NCBI GenBank assembly: GCA_964352475.1
Contig: CAYGSL010000002.1
Location: forward strand, 106,071-170,070
Direction of reading: 5' to 3'
Length of the DNA stretch: 64,000 nt
DNA from: an uncultured Pseudomonadales bacterium
GTDB lineage: Bacteria > Pseudomonadota > Gammaproteobacteria > Pseudomonadales > JAUIET01
Shown piece by piece: positions 40,256-49,890 of the stretch. A program made the position numbers and the translations under genes. How positions within the stretch are numbered: position 1 is the stretch's first letter; every line of letters starts with the position of its first letter. The notes under the pieces are model-generated. The model had not been told where the DNA came from. It saw only the letters and a program-made list of their open reading frames with translations, and did not search any database.

Positions 40256-40310
40256 AAAGCCTGCGTGCTTAGCGCGTATAATTGGGCTGAATTCATTCTC
40301 AGGTAATACC

Positions 40311-40703
40311 ATGAACGAACTTAGCGCTCCCGCGAACCCCAACCTGGTTACGCTCACTTATGTGATTTACGGTTTGCACTTGTTTGGTGTGGTCACAGGT
40401 CTGACAACCGCGGCGATGGTGGTGACAGCCTTCTTAACCGGCTGGCCATCTATTCTTGCGGTCATATTAAATTATGTGAAGCGCGGCGCCACCCGCGGCA
40501 CATTTCTTGAGTCGCATTTCAGGTGGCAAATTCGCACGTTTTGGTTCGCACTACTCTGGTTTGTGGTAGCAGGTCTGTTGGTATTGACAGTCATTGGAAT
40601 CCCCCTGGCCTGGGCATTGGCTGTAGTAGTAGGCTTGTGGGTTGCTTATCGAATGCTGCGTGGCACTCTGCGGCTTCTTAACAATCAACCAATGCCCATC
40701 TGA
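40311..40703 (+). CDS. small integral membrane protein
   Basis: 130 aa with 3-4 hydrophobic helices. I do not recognise the family confidently. Confidence 0.7.
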   Translation: MNELSAPANPNLVTLTYVIYGLHLFGVVTGLTTAAMVVTAFLTGWPSILAVILNYVKRGATRGTFLESHFRWQIRTFWFALLWFVVAGLLVLTVIGIPLAWALAVVVGLWVAYRMLRGTLRLLNNQPMPI

Positions 40704-40709
40704 TTTGCT

Positions 40710-41549
40710 ATGGATGCATTGAACGAATATCTGGGTGAGCGAAGCTTTGCGAGTTACTGCGAAGAGCTGGATGATCGCGGCTTTATCGTTTTTGAAAACA
40801 TACTGCCGCAAACTAAAATCGACGGTTTGAAAGACGCGCTTAAGCCGCATCTAGACAGCAATATGCAAGGGCGCAATGACTTTGAGGGCCTGAAGTCTAA
40901 CCGCGTGTACGCTCTTCTGGCCAAAGGTGAGCCTTTCGTCGAGCTATGCTTGCACCCATTGGCTCTGGCGTTTGCAGAGAAAGACCTGGGTGCTTCGTGT
41001 ATTTTGTCAGCGTGCCTGGCCATTAACTTACAGCCTGGGGAAACAGTACAACCGTGGCACACTGATGACGGCCATATCACCATACCCAGACCCCGGCCAT
41101 CTGCGGGCATTAGTACGTTTTGGGTGCTTGATGACACCACCGAGTTGAATGGTGCGACGGAAGTTCTACCCGGTAGCCATAACTGGGCAGAGGGTGATCT
41201 TGACTTAAGTGTTTTCAGCGATAAGAACGTACGCGACGTTGATGACGACCCACAGGCGCACCCGGACGCTGTTAAAGTAACATTACCCGCCGGATCACTA
41301 ATGATCGCAAAAGGCGGATTATTGCATAGAGGTGGAGCGAATAAATCCGATGCTGATCGCTTGATTATTACCCCTCAATACGCTCCAGGCTGGGCAAGAC
41401 CGTTAGAAAATATGCTGCTGGCTGTACCGCCTGAGATTGCCAAAACGCTGCCGATGCGAGCGCAGGAATTAATAGGCTATTCGATTCATCCGCCTTTTAT
41501 GGGTTACGTTGATGGCATGCATCCATCCAGAACGCTTTCTGCAGATTAA
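40710..41549 (+). CDS. phytanoyl-CoA dioxygenase (PhyH) family Fe(II)/2OG oxygenase
   Basis: 279 aa with WHTDDG..GATEVLPGSH..LHRGGAN (HxD...H facial triad pattern). Confidence 0.82.
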   Translation: MDALNEYLGERSFASYCEELDDRGFIVFENILPQTKIDGLKDALKPHLDSNMQGRNDFEGLKSNRVYALLAKGEPFVELCLHPLALAFAEKDLGASCILSACLAINLQPGETVQPWHTDDGHITIPRPRPSAGISTFWVLDDTTELNGATEVLPGSHNWAEGDLDLSVFSDKNVRDVDDDPQAHPDAVKVTLPAGSLMIAKGGLLHRGGANKSDADRLIITPQYAPGWARPLENMLLAVPPEIAKTLPMRAQELIGYSIHPPFMGYVDGMHPSRTLSAD

Positions 41550-41582
41550 GAACACGAACAAATTTGATATAAGGAAACTGTT

Positions 41583-41963
41583 ATGACTGTAGATGCGCAA
41601 CACATCGCAAGTGTTTTACAAGCTTACGTAGACGCTGTTGGCGGCGACAGCGTTGAAGACATTGTCAAACTGTATGCCGAAGACGCCGTTGTTGAAGACC
41701 CAGTTGGTTCACCAGCGCACAAAGGGCATGCAGCGCTTAGAGAGTTTTATCAAATAGCCGTAGACTCTGTTGAGAAAATGGTGCTTGAGGGCAACCCGCG
41801 CATTCGCGACAATTGGGGTGCTGCGGCTATGTGCGCTTACCCCAAAGGCATGGACATGAAGTTTCGAATGGAAACCCTGGATGTTATGGAGTTTAACGAA
41901 CAGGGCTTGATTACGCGCATGACCGCCTATTGGGGTGACAGCAACATGGTTGAAGAAAAATAG
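41583..41963 (+). CDS. ketosteroid-isomerase-like NTF2-fold protein
   Basis: 126 aa. VLQAYVDAVGGDSVEDIVKLYAEDAVVEDPVGSPAHKGHAALREFY aligns by eye with P. putida ketosteroid isomerase ([34 protein letters not shown]). Confidence 0.8.
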   Translation: MTVDAQHIASVLQAYVDAVGGDSVEDIVKLYAEDAVVEDPVGSPAHKGHAALREFYQIAVDSVEKMVLEGNPRIRDNWGAAAMCAYPKGMDMKFRMETLDVMEFNEQGLITRMTAYWGDSNMVEEK

Positions 41964-41971
41964 CTCAGGCT

Positions 41972-42667
41972 TTACTTTCGTCTCAGTAGCAACAGGCCAA
42001 ACATAGCCAATAGCAGCGATATACCTAGGCTACCGCCTCCACCGCCCCCAGTACTAATCGCTATTTGCACCTGGGCGCGGTCGTTTAGCTCATCCTCCAA
42101 TGGCAACTCAAGCATATCTACTGAGTCCGCTGGCCCATATTCGGCCACCAAGCTGCCGTCAAAGGTATCGTAGATCTCAATCAGTACGTCGTAGTAATCC
42201 GCCGGATAGCCTTCGACCAGATCGGTTTCCACCACGTAGTTATCATTGGCATCAGACTCCAGCACACTGAAATCTTCGGTGACTGCGTATTCCGTCCAAA
42301 CGCCGCCATTACGGCTTAAATAAAGTCGTGCGTATACATCAGCAAATAAATAACTGCTGTCTACATCAAAATCCACGATCAGCCGAGTGTAGTGACCATC
42401 TGCGTCGTCGTCGAATTGCAGTGCAGTGACTGCTGAGTACACCCAAAATCCGGTGTTCAGTATTGCTGCCTGTGAGCGTGGTCTGGTCTTGTGGCCCTCG
42501 TGCTCTTTGTTCAGCATGTTCGCAGCATTCGATCGGGTAAGTTGCTTCACCGCCAGGGCGTCACCGGTATTCATTTGTTCATCGGCCGCGTAACTACTCG
42601 CCGCAAAGCCCGTCATCAGTACAACCGCTAATGGCAACCACGCAATCTTGTTTCTGAATAAACGCAT
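41972..42667 (-). CDS. secreted acidic protein with GlyGly-CTERM sorting signal
   Basis: The likely start is ATG 42667 (MRLFRNKIAWLPLAVVLMTGFAASSYA), preceded by tgaggagaga. The C-terminus is STGGGGGGSLGISLLLAMFGLLLLRRK. Confidence 0.8.
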   Translation of the reverse strand: MRLFRNKIAWLPLAVVLMTGFAASSYAADEQMNTGDALAVKQLTRSNAANMLNKEHEGHKTRPRSQAAILNTGFWVYSAVTALQFDDDADGHYTRLIVDFDVDSSYLFADVYARLYLSRNGGVWTEYAVTEDFSVLESDANDNYVVETDLVEGYPADYYDVLIEIYDTFDGSLVAEYGPADSVDMLELPLEDELNDRAQVQIAISTGGGGGGSLGISLLLAMFGLLLLRRK

Positions 42668-42813
42668 TTGTCTCTCCTCATCATTCGATAAGGTCATTAC
42701 AGCAAGCTCTTGCTGAATGAGGGCTGAAATGAAACTGAACGCAAGCTGATTGCATCTGTATGTTGCTTGCCGCATAGTTCGCACATAGTGATCAAGCTGG
42801 AGAATAAAAAACC

Positions 42814-43695
42814 ATGAGCAAACCAAGTATTGCATTCCTTGGGTTGGGCGTAATGGGCTATCCCATGGCCGGCCACCTGGCCAAAGCAGAGTACGCTGTC
42901 ACTGTGTATAACCGCTCAAGCGCAAAAGCCGAGAGCTGGTGTGAAGCGTTTGGTGGACAAACAGCTGACACTCCCAGAGAGGCGGTCGCCAACGCGGATA
43001 TTGTGTTGGTTTGCGTAGGCAATGACGACGACGTGCGTTCGGTGGTCTACGGTGACGATGGCGCGCTGACTGGCATGAAGTCTGGCTCGGTCTTAGTGGA
43101 CCATACAACGACGTCAGCCGTTCTGGCGCGCGAGTTGGCAGAGGCAGCACAGCAAGCTGGCGTTGGATTTATTGACGCACCAGTGTCAGGTGGTCAGGGG
43201 GGTGCTGAAAATGGCGCGCTCACCATCATGGCAGGTGGTGAGCAAACAGTGTTTGACATTGTTAGTGCCGCGTTGGATGTTTATGCTCGTAAATGCGAGC
43301 TAATGGGCCCAACGGGTAGCGGTCAATTAACCAAAATGGTTAACCAGATTTGTATAGCCGGTCTGGTACAAGGGCTTGCTGAGGGCTTGAATTTTGCAGA
43401 ACTTGCGGGCCTGGACGCGCACAAGGTGGTAGAGGTTATCTCCAAAGGCGCTGCGCAGTCCTGGCAGATGGAAAACCGATTCCAGACCATGCTGGCCGGC
43501 GAATACAATCACGGTTTCGCCGTTGAGTGGATGCGCAAAGATCTGGCCTACGGCATTGCCGAAGCTAAATCGCACGGTGCTGAGCTAGCGGTTACCGAAA
43601 CGGTGAACGACTATTACGCAGAAGTGCTGGACCTGGGTGGTGCACGCTGGGATACATCGTCGTTGCTTGAACGACTTAAACAACGACGAAGCTAA
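42814..43695 (+). CDS. NAD(P)-dependent 3-hydroxyisobutyrate-dehydrogenase-family oxidoreductase
   Basis: 293 aa with FLGLGVMGYPMAGHL (Rossmann) and a family-typical central and C-terminal region. Confidence 0.88.
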   Translation: MSKPSIAFLGLGVMGYPMAGHLAKAEYAVTVYNRSSAKAESWCEAFGGQTADTPREAVANADIVLVCVGNDDDVRSVVYGDDGALTGMKSGSVLVDHTTTSAVLARELAEAAQQAGVGFIDAPVSGGQGGAENGALTIMAGGEQTVFDIVSAALDVYARKCELMGPTGSGQLTKMVNQICIAGLVQGLAEGLNFAELAGLDAHKVVEVISKGAAQSWQMENRFQTMLAGEYNHGFAVEWMRKDLAYGIAEAKSHGAELAVTETVNDYYAEVLDLGGARWDTSSLLERLKQRRS

Positions 43696-43710
43696 ATTAA
43701 ATCCAAAGCC

Positions 43711-43965
43711 CTAACTTGTGGTTTTGGGTTTGACCTTGGCGGGCTTGCTGCCTTCGCGCAATTGCTTGTCGATGTCTTCGCTGATCGCATTCATACGAAA
43801 CTCAGCCAGCTTATTGGTGTGACGTTTAAGGTCTGTAGGCTGGATGCTGGTAGCTGTTTTGTGATCGAGGTTATCTTTCACTTTCAGCTGTTGTTCGGCT
43901 TGTGCGTTAGCGGCAATCCCTGCCAGTACCATGATTGCCGTAAATGGTCGTATTCGCGATCGCAT
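43711..43965 (-). CDS. small secreted lysine-rich hypothetical protein
   Basis: The likely start is ATG 43965 (MRSRIRPFTAIMVLAGIAANAQA, signal-peptide-like). I recognise no family. Confidence 0.5.
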   Translation of the reverse strand: MRSRIRPFTAIMVLAGIAANAQAEQQLKVKDNLDHKTATSIQPTDLKRHTNKLAEFRMNAISEDIDKQLREGSKPAKVKPKTTS

Positions 43966-44212
43966 TGATCTGCCCCTGAAGATGTGTAGTTGGCTGTGTC
44001 TGCCATGTAAAACGTTACTATAGGTAACAAATACAAGAGTAACACACAAGAGCTGCTTTGCAACGAAAATTCTACCTTTCGTCGCCAAGCCCTAAATATT
44101 TATCTCAATTGAATCAGTATGATACAGACATAACTACAAGTTATTTGGCAAATAGCCGTGCGGAATGTAGTGTTACTTATGGAATCAGTGCTAGCGAGCT
44201 GCTGGAAGACGC

Positions 44213-45751
44213 TTAAATAGCTTCCAGCTGCCAGGTTTTGTCCCACTGTTCGATCTCGTAGTGGTTTGTTACCGGAAATCCGGGCGGTCGCTGGTCATGC
44301 AGGCGCTGATCAAAGCGTACCCGGGTACGATAACGCGGCTCGGTAGCGGTTAGTGAGCCCGCGCTTAGGCTGCCAAACACAGTGAGAATGCCATTATTCC
44401 GGTCTGAGTGATTTCGCACCGCAAACCGTCGTTTGGCGTACAAGGCTCCGTGCACTTCCAAATCGCCTGAACCGGTTTTCTCAACGCCGGCAATATCAAT
44501 GATTTTGTCCGACACCAGACCCAAAAAGTCGCTGGTGTTGGCTGAGGCATCTGCATAAACCAGATCATCGGCAATGGTAATTCGCTCTGGCGAATACACC
44601 AGAACCTTGCCTCGCACTTTGCCTTGTACGCACAGGCGCACTTTTTCATCGGCCAGCAGGTAGGCCACTTCACCCGGGAGCTCCAGCCGCTGCACCTTGG
44701 TCGCCTCATGCTCGTCACGCAGCTCCACGCTGCCATCTTGCAAGAATGTTAGGTGAGTGTGTTTCGAAAAACGAAGTAATTGCTGCTCGGCTATATTCAG
44801 GCTCTCCAGCTGTGGGCGAAAACTGCTGGGCAAGCGTATACTTTTCACGCCGGTTTGCAGGCCACCTCTGAATATTTCCGAGCGGCGAGTATACCCAACC
44901 TGGTTCTTCACGTTTATTCTGCGTGCGGCCGTGGTTACTGCACCGTGAAAAACCGGCATGACCTCACGACTGTAGGATATGCTAATTTCCGAGTTGGAAT
45001 GAAAGCGCCCCTCGAGTTCATCGTTATGAAGCTCAACCCTGGGATCCCAATGATCCACAAGCTGCGCGTAATTCGAAAATGCCAGTTCTTTAAGGCTCAT
45101 TTGCGTGGAGCGACGCTCGCCATTGTTATCGGTACTGATATCAACCAATACACGATGTAAGCCGGTCTCATCCGTAGGCGGCAGCCTGGTGAATCTGGCT
45201 TCGTAGTGCTTGCCCTTGTGCCGCCATCGCTTGCCGGCCTCACTAGCAGGCGTTTCTGTAAGCTGGCGCGCCCATTCGAATATCTTTTTTTGCAGCATCT
45301 CTTCCTGTTTTGGTGACAGCGCTGCTTCAACTATTGCCGCCTTAACAGGCTGGCTTATTTTTGTTGCTGCAAATTCAGCGGCAGATAGCGTTACCAGAGT
45401 TTCCATCGATTTTAAGGCTTTAGCTGCAATGGCTGTTCCAGCCTCAGGCTGGCTAATCAAGTCAGTTTGTGGCTGGGTACTGATCCTGGTTGCCGGTGCG
45501 GGAGTATCGGTTGCGGCCAGCAGCGTTTCAACAAGAGGCTCTGTCAATGGCTCGGCAGGTGCTGGTGCAGGCATAGGAGTGCCGTTAACAAACTCGCTGT
45601 CACTGCTGTCGGTGTTTACGCTGACCAGCAGTACGGGCGCGTTTAACTGCACATCAAAACGATCGCCCAGCATTAAATAGGCGGCTGAAAACCCCGCGAA
45701 GTGGGCCAACACGGAGCACAGTGTTGCAATAGTTATTGTCTGGCGTATCAC
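44213..45751 (-). CDS. membrane-anchored hypothetical protein (N-terminal TM, Pro/Ala/Thr linker, large unknown domain)
   Basis: 512-aa ORF. MIRQTITIATLCSVLAHFAGFSAAYLML is followed by a P/A/T-rich linker and then about 350 aa with no motif I recognise. Confidence 0.75.
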   Translation of the reverse strand: MIRQTITIATLCSVLAHFAGFSAAYLMLGDRFDVQLNAPVLLVSVNTDSSDSEFVNGTPMPAPAPAEPLTEPLVETLLAATDTPAPATRISTQPQTDLISQPEAGTAIAAKALKSMETLVTLSAAEFAATKISQPVKAAIVEAALSPKQEEMLQKKIFEWARQLTETPASEAGKRWRHKGKHYEARFTRLPPTDETGLHRVLVDISTDNNGERRSTQMSLKELAFSNYAQLVDHWDPRVELHNDELEGRFHSNSEISISYSREVMPVFHGAVTTAARRINVKNQVGYTRRSEIFRGGLQTGVKSIRLPSSFRPQLESLNIAEQQLLRFSKHTHLTFLQDGSVELRDEHEATKVQRLELPGEVAYLLADEKVRLCVQGKVRGKVLVYSPERITIADDLVYADASANTSDFLGLVSDKIIDIAGVEKTGSGDLEVHGALYAKRRFAVRNHSDRNNGILTVFGSLSAGSLTATEPRYRTRVRFDQRLHDQRPPGFPVTNHYEIEQWDKTWQLEAI

Positions 45752-45869
45752 GCAATACTACTCCCGATAGCTGCGAGTATAAGGCAAATCTGTGCCACAA
45801 ACATGGTTCACATTTTCAATCGCCGGCGTACAATCGGCATGTTCAGCTATTTACATCGGTGCTAATGCA

Positions 45870-46166
45870 ATGAGCTCATTCTTATTGATGCCGTTTCTGG
45901 CGGTGGCTATTTCGGTAGAACAAGACCCCAATGGCCAACACGATGGCCATCACGTGTGGTCGAAAATCAGCGAAGTGCAAAATTTTGATGGTGAAACCAT
46001 TTGCCAATGGAAGTGCTCAGGCCTGCAAGGTGGCTTTCGCGGCGAGCATTACGTAAGTACCCATCGGCGTGGATACTGCCCCACACCTCGTACAGTGAGT
46101 AAACGCAACTATCTAGAGGAAGACATGCGCGGCAGAAACCACGGCCGTGATATACGTGTTCGCTAA
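45870..46166 (+). CDS. hypothetical small protein (doubtful)
   Basis: The internal ATG 45870 gives MSSFLLMPFLAVAIS.., which looks like a signal peptide. I recognise no family, and a competing antisense ORF exists. Confidence 0.3.
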   Translation: MSSFLLMPFLAVAISVEQDPNGQHDGHHVWSKISEVQNFDGETICQWKCSGLQGGFRGEHYVSTHRRGYCPTPRTVSKRNYLEEDMRGRNHGRDIRVR

Positions 46167-46215
46167 AAAGCAGGTAAAATACTGCCAAGAATAAGCAAAC
46201 AAAATAGGCATCGTT

Positions 46216-46647
46216 TTGAACAAATACCTCAACTGGGCGCTGATCGCGTTCGTCGCATTCGTTTTTCTTCAGTCGTTATTCTTTAAGTTTTCGGGGTCTG
46301 AAGAAACCGAGATTATATTCAACACTATCGGTGAATGGATGGCCGGCATAGGGCCTCTGGAATCGATTTCTGGTGCGTTCGCCGCGCACGGTGGCTATGC
46401 CGTAGGTATAACCGAGTTGATCGCAGTGGCCTTGTTGATCTATCCGGCTACGCGTTTTTATGGCGCGCTATTAGGTCTTGGTGTGATCAGTGGTGCAATC
46501 TTCTTCCACCTGTTTACCCCACTGGGTGTTAACCGGGTAGTAGACGCCGCCGGTAATACCGACGGCGGTGCATTGTTCTACATGGCGTGTGGGGTTTGGC
46601 TGAGCTGCGCTATCCTGGCCTTCCTGAATCGGCCTGGCGCTAGCTAG
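46216..46647 (+). CDS. DoxX-family membrane protein
   Basis: 143 aa with four hydrophobic helices. The pattern is DoxX-like (FLQSLFFKF..G..E). Confidence 0.7.
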   Translation: MNKYLNWALIAFVAFVFLQSLFFKFSGSEETEIIFNTIGEWMAGIGPLESISGAFAAHGGYAVGITELIAVALLIYPATRFYGALLGLGVISGAIFFHLFTPLGVNRVVDAAGNTDGGALFYMACGVWLSCAILAFLNRPGAS

Positions 46648-46650
46648 TCT

Positions 46651-46884
46651 TTAACGCTGCAGTGTTTGCAGCAGATTGTTGCTCAGTTTGGCAGGCGCGA
46701 GACGGAGGTATTCGACAAGATTGTCGTTTGCCTTGCGCGCAGTTGGTTTGTCACGAAACGGACCCATTGGCCGCCCTTCACGGGTGATGAGAAACCAGCG
46801 GTCGCCATCGAAGTAATATCGATCGCTGCGAAAAAATCTCCATGAGGACTCTCCGGCCCTGCTTCTGCTATTTACTGTTTGCAT
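46651..46884 (-). CDS. small hypothetical protein
   Basis: The likely start is ATG 46884 (MQTVNSRSRAGESSWRFFRSDRYYFDGDRWFLITREGRPMGPF..). The family is uncharacterised. Confidence 0.55.
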   Translation of the reverse strand: MQTVNSRSRAGESSWRFFRSDRYYFDGDRWFLITREGRPMGPFRDKPTARKANDNLVEYLRLAPAKLSNNLLQTLQR

Positions 46885-47104
46885 ATTCGTCAATTTTACG
46901 TTTGGTTCGAAAGACGCAACTTTACTATTTGCTATTTGCACGGGAAATGCCATTTGTCGCCGATTGTGTCGGGATACATTACATATTGCCAGTTTTACGA
47001 CATGCATCACATTCAGTGAACCGTTCATCGGCCAACGCGGGGTGTGACCGCTTGCACTACTCTAGTAAAATCCCCGTTCACGCATACTGAGAGCATCCAC
47101 TGTA

Positions 47105-47824
47105 ATGGGCAGGGCATACCAAAACCGCAAAGATTCCATGGCCAAAACCTCGGACATGAAAGCCAAGGTCTACAGCAAATACGGCCGTGAAATTTACGTG
47201 TCTGCCAAAGCCGGGGGCGTGGAACCCAGTGGCAATCTGGAATTACGCGGTTTGATAGAGCGCGCCAAAAAAGATCAGGTGCCCGCTCACGTTATTGAGA
47301 AAGCGCTAGATAAAGCAAAAGGCGCCGGCGGGGAAGATTTTTCGCGCGCTCGTTATGAAGGTTTCGGCCCTGCCGGATGTATGGTGATAGTGGATTGTTT
47401 GACGGATAACCCGAACAGAACCTTTGGCGACGTTCGGGTGTGTTTCACCAAAACCAAATGCAAGATTGGTACGCAAGGCAGCGTAAGCCATATGTTTGAC
47501 CATAGCGCCATCTTTGTCTTCCAACACGATGACGAAGAAGCCGTGCTTGAAGCGCTGATGATGGCCGACGTAGATGTTACTGATATAGAAAACGAAGACG
47601 GCGTAATTTCTGTGTTTGCGCCTAACACTGAATACTTCAAAGCGAAAACCTCGTTGCTTGAAGCTTTCGGTGAACTGGATTTCGACGTAGATGAAATTCA
47701 ATTCCTGCCGCAAAACACCCAGGCGCTGGATGGCGAAGATCTTGAAACCTTCGAGAAATTCATCGACATGCTCAATGACGTAGACGATGTGCAGAATGTG
47801 TATCACAACGTAGAGTTGTCGTAG
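47105..47824 (+). CDS. YebC/PmpR-family DNA-binding regulator
   Basis: 239 aa. The N-terminus [26 protein letters not shown] is typical of the family. Confidence 0.9.
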   Translation: MGRAYQNRKDSMAKTSDMKAKVYSKYGREIYVSAKAGGVEPSGNLELRGLIERAKKDQVPAHVIEKALDKAKGAGGEDFSRARYEGFGPAGCMVIVDCLTDNPNRTFGDVRVCFTKTKCKIGTQGSVSHMFDHSAIFVFQHDDEEAVLEALMMADVDVTDIENEDGVISVFAPNTEYFKAKTSLLEAFGELDFDVDEIQFLPQNTQALDGEDLETFEKFIDMLNDVDDVQNVYHNVELS

Positions 47825-47836
47825 AGCTTTCGCACT

Positions 47837-48523
47837 GTGCTATACGCAGTTCTCAGTGCTGTACTGATGCTTCTGGTGTACCTGCCGAGTTTGTGGGTGC
47901 GCTACGTGATGCACAAGCACAATACGCAATTAGAGGAAATGCCCGGCACCGGTGGAGAGCTGGCCGAGCATCTTATCCAGCGTTTCGAATTAGCGGACGT
48001 AGAAGTAGAACAAACCACCGAGGGCGCAGACCATTACGACCCGGCCGCAAAAATGGTGCGCTTGAGCCCTAGCAATTTTGAGGGCAAGTCCATCACAGCG
48101 GTTGCCGTTGCCGCCCATGAAGTTGGCCACGCAATTCAATTCAGTCGCAATGAAACTATTTCGCAGCTGCGCTCACGCTATATTCCAAAAGCAATGCTGA
48201 TGAAAAAAATTGGCATTCTATTGCTGACACTGCTGCCCATAGCCGGCTTTGTGATTAAGGCACCCGCTGCATTGTTTGCACTGATAGGTTTGAGTATTGG
48301 TTTGCAATTGCTCGGTGCATTGGCGTATTTAATTGTATTGCCGGAAGAATGGGACGCCAGTTTTAATAAAGCATTACCGATATTAAAAGAAGGCGACTAT
48401 CTCCCTGAGCAATACCAGGCGGGTGCGCATAAAGTACTAAAAGCAGCGGCGCTCACTTATTTTGCCGGCGCACTGGCTGATGTAGTCAACATTGGCCGTT
48501 GGCTGCTGGTGCTCAGACGTTAA
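47837..48523 (+). CDS. zinc metallopeptidase (YugP-like)
   Basis: 228 aa with AHEVGHAIQ (HExxH) and C-terminal TM helices. Confidence 0.8.
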   Translation: MLYAVLSAVLMLLVYLPSLWVRYVMHKHNTQLEEMPGTGGELAEHLIQRFELADVEVEQTTEGADHYDPAAKMVRLSPSNFEGKSITAVAVAAHEVGHAIQFSRNETISQLRSRYIPKAMLMKKIGILLLTLLPIAGFVIKAPAALFALIGLSIGLQLLGALAYLIVLPEEWDASFNKALPILKEGDYLPEQYQAGAHKVLKAAALTYFAGALADVVNIGRWLLVLRR

Positions 48524-49137
48524 GCTTGCTCGCTTAAATGCTCGGTCTGATTAAAGCTTAACAGCGAACGTGTTTCCAGACAGAACTCGGAAAACGCCGT
48601 GTTTTTCTTAGAGTACTGTGTCCAGCGGCGGGTATCATTGTCAATATAGTGGGCCAGCGCAATTCCCAGCGCAACACCGTGCGCTACTATCACAATATGC
48701 TCACCAGAGTGTCGGTTTACTATCTCATCAACCGCTGATACAAAGCGGTCTCGCACACTGTTTTGTGACTCACCATTCGGCGTGGCGTAACCTGGGTCTT
48801 CCACCAGTTTGCGCATGGTGTTTTCACCAGCCGCTGACAACGACTCAAAAGTTTTGTCTTCCCAGTCGCCCAGATTAAATTCCATCAGGCGTTCATCCAG
48901 GTTCACATCAAGCTTGAAGTGTTTGGCAATTTCCTCGGCGGTTATGCGCGCGCGTTGCAAAGGGCTGGCGTAGATCACCGTGGGTTGCATGTAGTTACCG
49001 AAGTACTCACCCAGTTCGCGCGCTTGCTGATAACCTAAATCAGTAAGCTTGGTATCGGTGTGACCATGCCAAACGCGGTCAATATTGGCGTATGTTTGAC
49101 CGTGTCTTACCAGGCCCAGGCGTCCATTTGTACTCAT
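48520..49137 (-). CDS. histidine phosphatase (phosphoglycerate-mutase-like) family protein
   Basis: 205 aa with LVRHGQT near the N-terminus and a later VAHG. Confidence 0.85.
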   Translation of the reverse strand: MSTNGRLGLVRHGQTYANIDRVWHGHTDTKLTDLGYQQARELGEYFGNYMQPTVIYASPLQRARITAEEIAKHFKLDVNLDERLMEFNLGDWEDKTFESLSAAGENTMRKLVEDPGYATPNGESQNSVRDRFVSAVDEIVNRHSGEHIVIVAHGVALGIALAHYIDNDTRRWTQYSKKNTAFSEFCLETRSLLSFNQTEHLSEQA

Positions 49138-49139
49138 GC

Positions 49140-49769
49140 TTACTCCGGTCGCTGGGCTTCAGGGCCCGCAATTGCCATGGCTTTCTGGTAAGCCGGTCTC
49201 GCCGCGATACGCTCAACGTAAGCCTGAATATTTGGGTAGTCAGCAAGATCAATACCGGTCATTCCAGACAGCATCGTAATTGGAAACATCGCCATAATAT
49301 CCGCGCAGGTCAGCGCATCGCCAATAATAAACGCGTTGTTGGCCAGTTGATTATTCAGGTGTTTGTAGGTACGACCTTGACGAGAGCTCATGGCTTTCAT
49401 CATGGAACTGTTTTCTTCGGTTTGGTCGCCGGCAGCCATTTTCGCAAAAAAAGCACTTTGAAGATTATGATTGAGCTGCATCCAGTACATGTAGTCAGCG
49501 TAGTTGTCATCCGTTGGCGCTACGCTGAGCTTGCTCTCGCCGTGTCGATGACTGATGTACTCAACAATCGCATTTGATTCCGTCAGCACTAAATCACCAT
49601 CGCGAATGGTCGGCGAGGTAGCAGTAGGGTGCAGTGCGTGGTAATCCGCTTGCGCCAAAAAATCTTCGCCACGATCGAACCACTGCAAATCATACGGCAG
49701 TTCAAGTTCTTCCATTAGCCAGACAATGCGGTCAGATTGAGATAAGCCAAGATGGTAAATTGTGATCAT
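49140..49769 (-). CDS. glutathione S-transferase family protein
   Basis: 209 aa. It has an N-terminal thioredoxin-like GST domain (LTESNAIVEYI) and a helical C-terminal domain. Confidence 0.85.
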   Translation of the reverse strand: MITIYHLGLSQSDRIVWLMEELELPYDLQWFDRGEDFLAQADYHALHPTATSPTIRDGDLVLTESNAIVEYISHRHGESKLSVAPTDDNYADYMYWMQLNHNLQSAFFAKMAAGDQTEENSSMMKAMSSRQGRTYKHLNNQLANNAFIIGDALTCADIMAMFPITMLSGMTGIDLADYPNIQAYVERIAARPAYQKAMAIAGPEAQRPE

Positions 49770-49847
49770 TGTTGTGCCTGCCAGAAACGGCTCAACATAA
49801 TAACAGATGGTTCATGACGGAAGAATGGCGAAATCCTTTCGCAACGC

Positions 49848-49871
49848 AAAAGGCCGGCGCAAAGGCCGGCC
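49848..49871 (-). terminator. rho-independent terminator candidate for the 49891..50598 gene
   Basis: On the minus strand the sequence reads ggccggc-ctttgc-gccggcc followed by tttt. The stems are at 49852-49858 and 49865-49871. Confidence 0.65.
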
Positions 49872-49890
49872 CGAATAAAGGTATGTGCGT

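Noticed and set aside
44780-45680. Plus-strand ORFs of 126 and 156 aa.
   Set aside because: They are antisense to the 512-aa membrane-anchored ORF. They have Ser/Ala/Gly-rich off-frame composition and no start context.
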